Positions 6,298 through 11,232 of a stretch of DNA of 11,232 bases are shown here, piece after piece. Every line of letters starts with the position of its first letter. Position 1 is the stretch's first letter. Below the pieces are notes generated by a model. The model worked only from the letters and a program-made list of their open reading frames with translations, was not told where the DNA came from and did no database searches. The position numbers and the translations under genes are program-made. Source of the stretch: Candidatus Micrarchaeota archaeon (lineage in GTDB: Archaea > Micrarchaeota > Micrarchaeia > Norongarragalinales > SBBD01); NCBI GenBank assembly GCA_043813365.1, contig JBDRLB010000074.1:1-11232 (forward strand), written 5' to 3'.

Positions 6298-7527
6298 TCA
6301 GTAAATCACGAATTTGGAGCACATTTCCTTTACCTCCTCCCTTACCTTTTGCTTCATTGCCGCATCCGTCCTGTTCCTCAATGTTTTATCTATCAATCTC
6401 GCGGTCTCCTTCATTTCAGACTCCTTCATCCCCCTGCTGGTAATTGCGGGCGTGCCAATGCGAATTCCGCTCGGGTCAAGCGGCTGCCTTTTATCAAAAG
6501 GGATCATGTTCTTGTTGCAGTAAATGCCGACTTCATCCAGAACGGTTTCAGCCTCCTTTCCGGTAATTCCCTCCTTCCAGACATCAACCAGCATTAAGTG
6601 GTTGTCCGTTCCATTTGTAACCAGCCTCCATCCGTAGCCCATCAAATCTTCCGCTAGCACTTTCGCATTCTTCACAATCTGCTTCGCATATTCCTTGAAA
6701 TTCGGCTCCAATGCCTCCTTGAATGCGACTGCTTTTGCCGCGTTCACATGGTCGTGCGGCCCGCCCTGCAAACCCGGGAAAACAGCTTTATCTATTTGCT
6801 TAGCAAACTGCTCCTTGCACATGATGATTGCGCCCCTCGGGCCCCTCAATGTTTTATGGGCTGTTGTTGAGACGACATCGAAGAACGGCACCGGATTCTC
6901 ATGTATGCCTGCTGCGCATAAACCGGCAATGTGGGCGATATCTGCAAAGGAATAAGCGCCGACCTCATCCGCGATTTCCTTGAATTTCTTGAAATCGAGC
7001 GTTCTCGGGTAGGCTGAAAAGCCGGCCAAAACCATTTTTGGCTTTTCCGCAATTGCCAGCCTCCTTACCTCATCATAATCAATCAATTCCGTTTCCGGAT
7101 CCAACCCATAGGGGATGATTTTGTAAAACCTGCCCGAAAAGTTCAACGGATGGCCGTGCGTAAGATGCCCGCCCATGGAAAGGTTCATTCCAAGCACTTT
7201 ATCCCCGATTTCGAGCAATGCGTAATAAACTGCGAAATTCGCCGGCGAGCCGGAATAAGGCTGGACATTCACATGCTGCGCCCCGAACAATTGCTTCGCC
7301 CTTGCAACAGCCAGATCCTCCATCTGGTCGATGTATTCGTTCCCCCCATAGTACCTCTTGTGGGGGACGCCTTCGGAATACTTGTTTGTCATTATGGAGC
7401 CAAGCGCTTCCAGCACCGGCTTGCTTACGTAATTCTCTGAAGGAATCAGCTCCAGCCCCTCCATCTGCCTCTTCTTCTCCAGCTCGATGATCTTCGCTAT
7501 TTCCGGATCGTATTTTTCAAGGAACAT
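6298..7527 (-). CDS. glyA: Serine hydroxymethyltransferase, bacterial-type
   Basis: [51 protein letters not shown]-lysine motif [41 protein letters not shown]. Confidence 0.98.
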   Translation of the reverse strand: MFLEKYDPEIAKIIELEKKRQMEGLELIPSENYVSKPVLEALGSIMTNKYSEGVPHKRYYGGNEYIDQMEDLAVARAKQLFGAQHVNVQPYSGSPANFAVYYALLEIGDKVLGMNLSMGGHLTHGHPLNFSGRFYKIIPYGLDPETELIDYDEVRRLAIAEKPKMVLAGFSAYPRTLDFKKFKEIADEVGAYSFADIAHIAGLCAAGIHENPVPFFDVVSTTAHKTLRGPRGAIIMCKEQFAKQIDKAVFPGLQGGPHDHVNAAKAVAFKEALEPNFKEYAKQIVKNAKVLAEDLMGYGWRLVTNGTDNHLMLVDVWKEGITGKEAETVLDEVGIYCNKNMIPFDKRQPLDPSGIRIGTPAITSRGMKESEMKETARLIDKTLRNRTDAAMKQKVREEVKEMCSKFVIY

Positions 7528-7610
7528 GGATTCCCCACCCTAATGAATTAGATTGCCCACAATTGAAACAAACGGGATGAAGATATTAAATAGTTTGGGT
7601 AAGAACTCCC

Positions 7611-7943
7611 TCATTCCTGCGGGGGACGGCTCCCGCACTTGAATTTGTCCTCCGAAGCCGGGTCGTCCCATGCGGTTCCGTTGAGCCCTCCGTTCGTCAT
7701 GGTGCATTTTGGATCGAGTCCATAATCTATCGCATTACGCAAGGTTGTCGTATCCGGTTTCCAGGTGCCATTATCGAAATAGCATACTCCGACTGTTGCT
7801 AATTTCGCAAAGCATTTCGCCTGCTCCGCCTGGTTGACGCTGACCTGGTTAGTCCCCCTAAGCATGAAGAAGGCAACCAGTGCAATCATCAGTATGCCTC
7901 CCATTAGTAGAATATACTCAAATGCGCCCTGTCCCTTCCGCAT
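7611..7943 (-). CDS. Class III signal peptide / type IV pilin-like protein A (110 aa)
   Basis: MRKG/QGAFEYILL plus a hydrophobic helix fits the [KR][GA]-Q-x-x-x-E motif of EppA-type euryarchaeal pilins (Class_IIIsignal/DUF361). Four Cys in the globular part. Confidence 0.9.
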   Translation of the reverse strand: MRKGQGAFEYILLMGGILMIALVAFFMLRGTNQVSVNQAEQAKCFAKLATVGVCYFDNGTWKPDTTTLRNAIDYGLDPKCTMTNGGLNGTAWDDPASEDKFKCGSRPPQE

Positions 7944-7974
7944 AATATCAACTTGAAGGAGTACACTCGTCAGG

Positions 7975-7982
7975 TATTTAAA
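7975..7982 (-). promoter_or_regulatory. TATA box of pilin A
   Basis: TTTAAATA on -, about 32 nt above ATG 7943. Confidence 0.6.
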
Positions 7983-8014
7983 ATTACGCCTGCCCCGCTG
8001 GCGCTAAAGGCCTG

Positions 8015-8060
8015 AAGAAAAAAGAATCAGAAAAAGAAAATAAAAAAAGAAAAAGGGAAA
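8015..8060 (-). terminator. Oligo-T archaeal terminator after pilin B
   Basis: About 45 nt of multiple T4-T7 runs on the - strand immediately after the stop at 8061. Confidence 0.75.
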
Positions 8061-8402
8061 TTATGCCGGTTGCATTCCGCAGTTGAATGTGGCAACTTCA
8101 GGCGGACCAGCGACATACGAGGCAAACCAGCCAGTTCCTACTAATCCACCGCCGGGTGCAAAGCAGCTAAGTGGCACTCCATAATCCGTTGCAATTAAAC
8201 CAGCATCAGTATCCCAGCCTCCAGTTGGCGTGTAACAAGCGGATACTTTTGCGATTGCAGCCAAGCATTGCGCCTGCGAAATCTGTTGTTTCGGGGCGGA
8301 AGTCAAAGTCCCCCTGAGAATTATGATCGCCAGAACCACAATAAGCAGTACTCCGGCCAAAAGCAGAATGTACTCAAACGCACCTTGTCCTCTCTTTCCC
8401 AT
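8061..8402 (-). CDS. Class III signal peptide / type IV pilin-like protein B (113 aa), probable major pilin
   Basis: MGKRG/QGAFEYILLLAGVLLIVVLAIIILRG; four Cys aligned with pilin A; SD GGTGA, strong promoter and own terminator. Confidence 0.92.
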   Translation of the reverse strand: MGKRGQGAFEYILLLAGVLLIVVLAIIILRGTLTSAPKQQISQAQCLAAIAKVSACYTPTGGWDTDAGLIATDYGVPLSCFAPGGGLVGTGWFASYVAGPPEVATFNCGMQPA

Positions 8403-8453
8403 TATTTATCACCTTCAAGGATAAACTTGAACGAATAAACTAATCACACATGG

Positions 8454-8468
8454 TATATAAAGCTTTTC
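8454..8468 (-). promoter_or_regulatory. BRE-TATA promoter of pilin B
   Basis: GAAAAGC-TTTATATA on -, a near-consensus archaeal BRE plus TATA box. Confidence 0.75.
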
Positions 8469-8475
8469 CTGAAGA

Positions 8476-8652
8476 TCAGATATAACCGGAAGTGTTCGTC
8501 GCATTCAGGTAATCGTTGTAGCTCTGGTTCACCTGCTCCTTCCCGCCTTCAAGCGCGCTGGTTTTCAGCATCATGTATGCAATCGCAACTAGCATTATTG
8601 CAGCCCCTACAAGCAGGATATATTCGAAAGTGCCCTGCGCCTTTTCATCCAT
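8476..8652 (-). CDS. Short class III signal peptide / pilin-like protein C (58 aa)
   Basis: MDEKA/QGTFEYILLVGAAIMLVAIAYMMLK. The start is moved to ATG 8652 because TTTATTAA (8682-8675) sits 23 nt upstream, consistent with a leaderless transcript. Confidence 0.88.
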   Translation of the reverse strand: MDEKAQGTFEYILLVGAAIMLVAIAYMMLKTSALEGGKEQVNQSYNDYLNATNTSGYI

Positions 8653-8809
8653 GAGGAGGTATAAGCAGCCCGGGTTAATAAATTTTGCCACGATTGCAGT
8701 GGGGAATCCGCGAATAAACGGCCAACAGGTGCTTTTATTGTTACCACGCTTCCGAGATAACGCTTTTTAATTTCATTGCAGTTATGGTTTAGCCAGAAAG
8801 GTGATGCTC

Positions 8810-9076
8810 ATGCCCAAAAAGGAAACCTATGCGGTCTTTTCAAGTTCAGGTAACGGTGCGTTCGAGATTACGGACGACAGCGTCGTATTGATGGGGATCA
8901 AGAACCTCGCCATCAAGAAGAATTACGTCATGGAGCTTGCGAAGCTGGGCGATTTGCCCCTAAATAAAGTAAGCGTGAGCATGAAATACTTCGACATGTT
9001 CGGGAACACGGAGAATCTCGAATTCGCGATGCGCGAGGCGGATTTCCGCGCATTGAAAAATTCGCTCGGGAAATAA
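8810..9076 (+). CDS. Small hypothetical protein (88 aa), possibly PH-like fold
   Basis: SD GGTGA (8800-8804) is 5 nt before ATG 8810. The pattern of short beta-strands ending in one amphipathic helix (EADFRALKNSL) suggests the fold, but that call is inference. Confidence 0.8.
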   Translation: MPKKETYAVFSSSGNGAFEITDDSVVLMGIKNLAIKKNYVMELAKLGDLPLNKVSVSMKYFDMFGNTENLEFAMREADFRALKNSLGK

Positions 9077-9148
9077 GCCGATTGCAGCATTAATCAAAAC
9101 CAAACCTATTTATTTTGCTGAATTTCAAAGGGAGGTCGGGGATTCTTT

Positions 9149-11086
9149 ATGAGAGCAATTTATCTTTTGAGTTTATTCCTAACCTTGATGGCGGTGCCCG
9201 CTCTTGCAACCACTTCGCTCGAGGTGCCGGCAGTTGATGCGGAAGGAGTGGGCATACTCAGCACGGTTTCCGTCACCGCAACCAGCGGAACTGGTGACAT
9301 TTTCGTCTCCATTGTGCCCTTGACCGGCATTGACACGCAGCATTCTGAGAAAACAGCAGTTGAAGTTGCCGCTTCCGAACTTGATGTGGATCCCAATAAG
9401 TTCAACGTGATGTTCAAAATCGAATCCACTGCGGAAGTTGTGGATGGGACTTCGGCCGGCGCTGCGATGGCGCTTTTGACATATTCAGAATTTTCCGGCA
9501 AAAGGATGAGGCGGGACATGACTTTAACCGGCTCCATTGACCTTGATGGCCATATAGGCAAAATAGGGGGCGTGTTCGAGAAGGCAAAAGCTGTTGCGGA
9601 GAGCACCCTTCGCGACTACAAATTATTCCTCATTCCACGAGGGCAGCGAATACAGAGCGGGGTCGATATCGCGAAATATGCAAAGGAGAAATGGAAGCTG
9701 CAGGTTGTGGAGGTAGACACTATTGAGGACGTGATAAATTACGCATTCGACACAGCGGAAGGATCCGAAGTGCAGGTGATTGAAAAGGCAATCCAGCCTC
9801 TGCTGCTGATCCCTCTAAAGGCAAGCACGGAGGCGCAAGCGTTCAGGCAGATTTCCCAGAATGAAATCCAGGAAACAAGGAAGAGGCTCCGAGAGTCCGA
9901 TGCTTCAATTGAAGTGAAGGCGCAGGTGGAGGAGATGCTGAACCTCTCCGAAAGTCTGATAGCGAAAAATTATTTATATTCCGCAGCAAATACGGCATTC
10001 ATTGCGACCATCACCCTAGATGAACTCTCGTTCTTGAACAATAGCAAGGCGGAATTCCGGGAAAGGCTCAAGGAATTGAAGGCTAGCGCTGATGGGCTGG
10101 AATTCGCGAATCAGACGGAAAACAATTTCGAATGGGTCGTGGGTGCGAAGCTTCGGTACCATTGGGCGAAGGGAAAAATCGATTCCGCAGAGGACAAGGT
10201 CGCAGTTGGGAACTACATGGGCGCATCCGGCGATCTTGCAGTAGCTGCAAGCTGGCTCCGCGCGGCATACAGGATGAATGCGATCGCATCCGGAAAGGCA
10301 TTTGGGAAGGAGATGAAGGACATTTACTACAGGGATTTTGCCTCGCAAATAATCGAGGAGGCAAAGCAGCTCCAAACCGATGGGCTGTTGGATGAGGAGG
10401 CGCAGGACCATTACAAAACTGCAGTAAGCATTTTCAGCGATGCGGATTACCTCGCAGCCGCATTTGATGCAACCTTTGCAACCGCGTATTCCGAGGCGCT
10501 GGACGATACGGAAGACAAGACTTTTGGCGATGTTGTCAATGATTTGTGCAAAACGGAAACTTTCGAGATTACTTGCAGCGTCTTCAATGACAAGGAATTC
10601 GGCTCATTGTGGGCGGAGCTTTACCATGCACACGCACTCTACAGCTTCCAGGAGAGCAACCGTTCCCATGATGGCGCATCGCTCCTGAACGGCGTGAAAT
10701 TGCTGAAACTGTCCGAAGGATTTGCGCAACGCAGGAAGGAGGCGATTGAAATCCTGAAGAACCCACCGGTTGTTGTTGAGGGATCGGGCACCAAGGCGCC
10801 TTCGGCGGCGCCAACAAATGAGCTGAAGGTGGAGGTTGTTGCGGTTCAGGAGGATTCGATGAGGAATTTCATCGTTTTCGGGATAGTTGGGCTTGTAATA
10901 CTGCTGGTTGTTTACGGAATGCTAATCGGGAGGAAACCGCCCGCAATCGCATCCGTTGAAGGAAGGGGCAGGATGGAGCGTGCGGAGCAGCTTCTGCTAG
11001 AGGGAAGGATCAGCGAGCGCAGCTTCGAGTATTTCAAGCAAAAGTACGGGAAGGGAAAAGCGATCCGGAAAAAAGGGAAAAAATAA
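9149..11086 (+). CDS. Secreted/membrane-anchored Lon-like serine protease (peptidase S16, archaeal COG1750-like), 645 aa
   Basis: Signal peptide; VPAVD..G.G; VDGTSAG (Ser102); TGSI..DG.IG.IGGV.EK (Lys145, the same 43-residue Ser-Lys spacing as Lon); FLIP.GQ; VVEV.TIED. No AAA+ Walker motifs. Long helical region and a C-terminal TM helix. SD GGAGGT at 9131-9136. Confidence 0.9.
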   Translation: MRAIYLLSLFLTLMAVPALATTSLEVPAVDAEGVGILSTVSVTATSGTGDIFVSIVPLTGIDTQHSEKTAVEVAASELDVDPNKFNVMFKIESTAEVVDGTSAGAAMALLTYSEFSGKRMRRDMTLTGSIDLDGHIGKIGGVFEKAKAVAESTLRDYKLFLIPRGQRIQSGVDIAKYAKEKWKLQVVEVDTIEDVINYAFDTAEGSEVQVIEKAIQPLLLIPLKASTEAQAFRQISQNEIQETRKRLRESDASIEVKAQVEEMLNLSESLIAKNYLYSAANTAFIATITLDELSFLNNSKAEFRERLKELKASADGLEFANQTENNFEWVVGAKLRYHWAKGKIDSAEDKVAVGNYMGASGDLAVAASWLRAAYRMNAIASGKAFGKEMKDIYYRDFASQIIEEAKQLQTDGLLDEEAQDHYKTAVSIFSDADYLAAAFDATFATAYSEALDDTEDKTFGDVVNDLCKTETFEITCSVFNDKEFGSLWAELYHAHALYSFQESNRSHDGASLLNGVKLLKLSEGFAQRRKEAIEILKNPPVVVEGSGTKAPSAAPTNELKVEVVAVQEDSMRNFIVFGIVGLVILLVVYGMLIGRKPPAIASVEGRGRMERAEQLLLEGRISERSFEYFKQKYGKGKAIRKKGKK

Positions 11087-11098
11087 GATAGCAAAACG

Positions 11099-11232
11099 CT
11101 ACCTGTCCTCGAATGCCTGTGAATTCACAACATCCTCGCCCTGCAAAATGGCATTCACGATTATGTTGATCGATGAGTTGAGCGTCGCGTTTAGTGCAAA
11201 AACCTCATAACTATTCTCAATAGGAGCCGCAC
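11099..11232 (-). CDS. 3' end of a hypothetical (probably secreted) protein entering from the right edge
   Basis: Open frame ...AAPIENSYEVFALNATLNSSINIIVNAILQGEDVVNSQAFEDR* ends at TAG 11101-11099, convergent with the protease gene. It has two N-x-S/T sequons. Confidence 0.6.
   Translation of the reverse strand, partial: AAPIENSYEVFALNATLNSSINIIVNAILQGEDVVNSQAFEDR

Noticed and set aside
7954..7972. Imperfect dyad TGAAGGAGTACACTCGTCA downstream of the pilin A TATA box
   Set aside because: It needs a bulge, has only a 4-bp perfect core, and is not repeated at the other pilin promoters.
8653..8691. Longer start for pilin C (GTG 8691)
   Set aside because: It overlaps the TATA box. Class III leaders are short, so ATG 8652 fits better.
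879..11094. Remaining short overlapping ORFs in the six-frame track
   Set aside because: All lie within or antisense to well-supported genes and show no motifs or expression signals.

Overview
Archaeal chromosomal window. The evidence is the archaeal MBF1 and FEN1, class III signal-peptide pilins, TATA/BRE promoters and GGTGA ribosome-binding sites. The gene content and pilin type suggest a DPANN lineage such as Micrarchaeota, but that is inference. Gene order: partial CBS-domain gene (-), orphan ORF (+), fused two-domain GMP synthase guaA (+), archaeal MBF1 (-), flap endonuclease fen (+), an unannotated 35-aa ORF (+), a large membrane-anchored surface protein (-), bacterial-type glyA (-), three tandem class III pilins (-), a small possibly PH-like protein (+), a secreted/anchored Lon-like S16 protease (+), and the 3' end of another gene (-). 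No RNA genes, CRISPR arrays or transposases were seen. The most unusual feature is a diverged second copy of the last 14 codons of fen, which encode the PCNA-binding PIP box, 110 nt downstream. All changes inside the PIP-encoding part are synonymous. A GGA-loop hairpin lies between the copies, and the second copy is reachable from fen by a -1 shift at an in-frame A AAT TTA heptamer. This could be an integration/recombination scar, a recoded FEN1 isoform, or a PIP-box micropeptide. A structured guaA leader, a nested-domain surface protein and the paralogous pilin set also merit a look.
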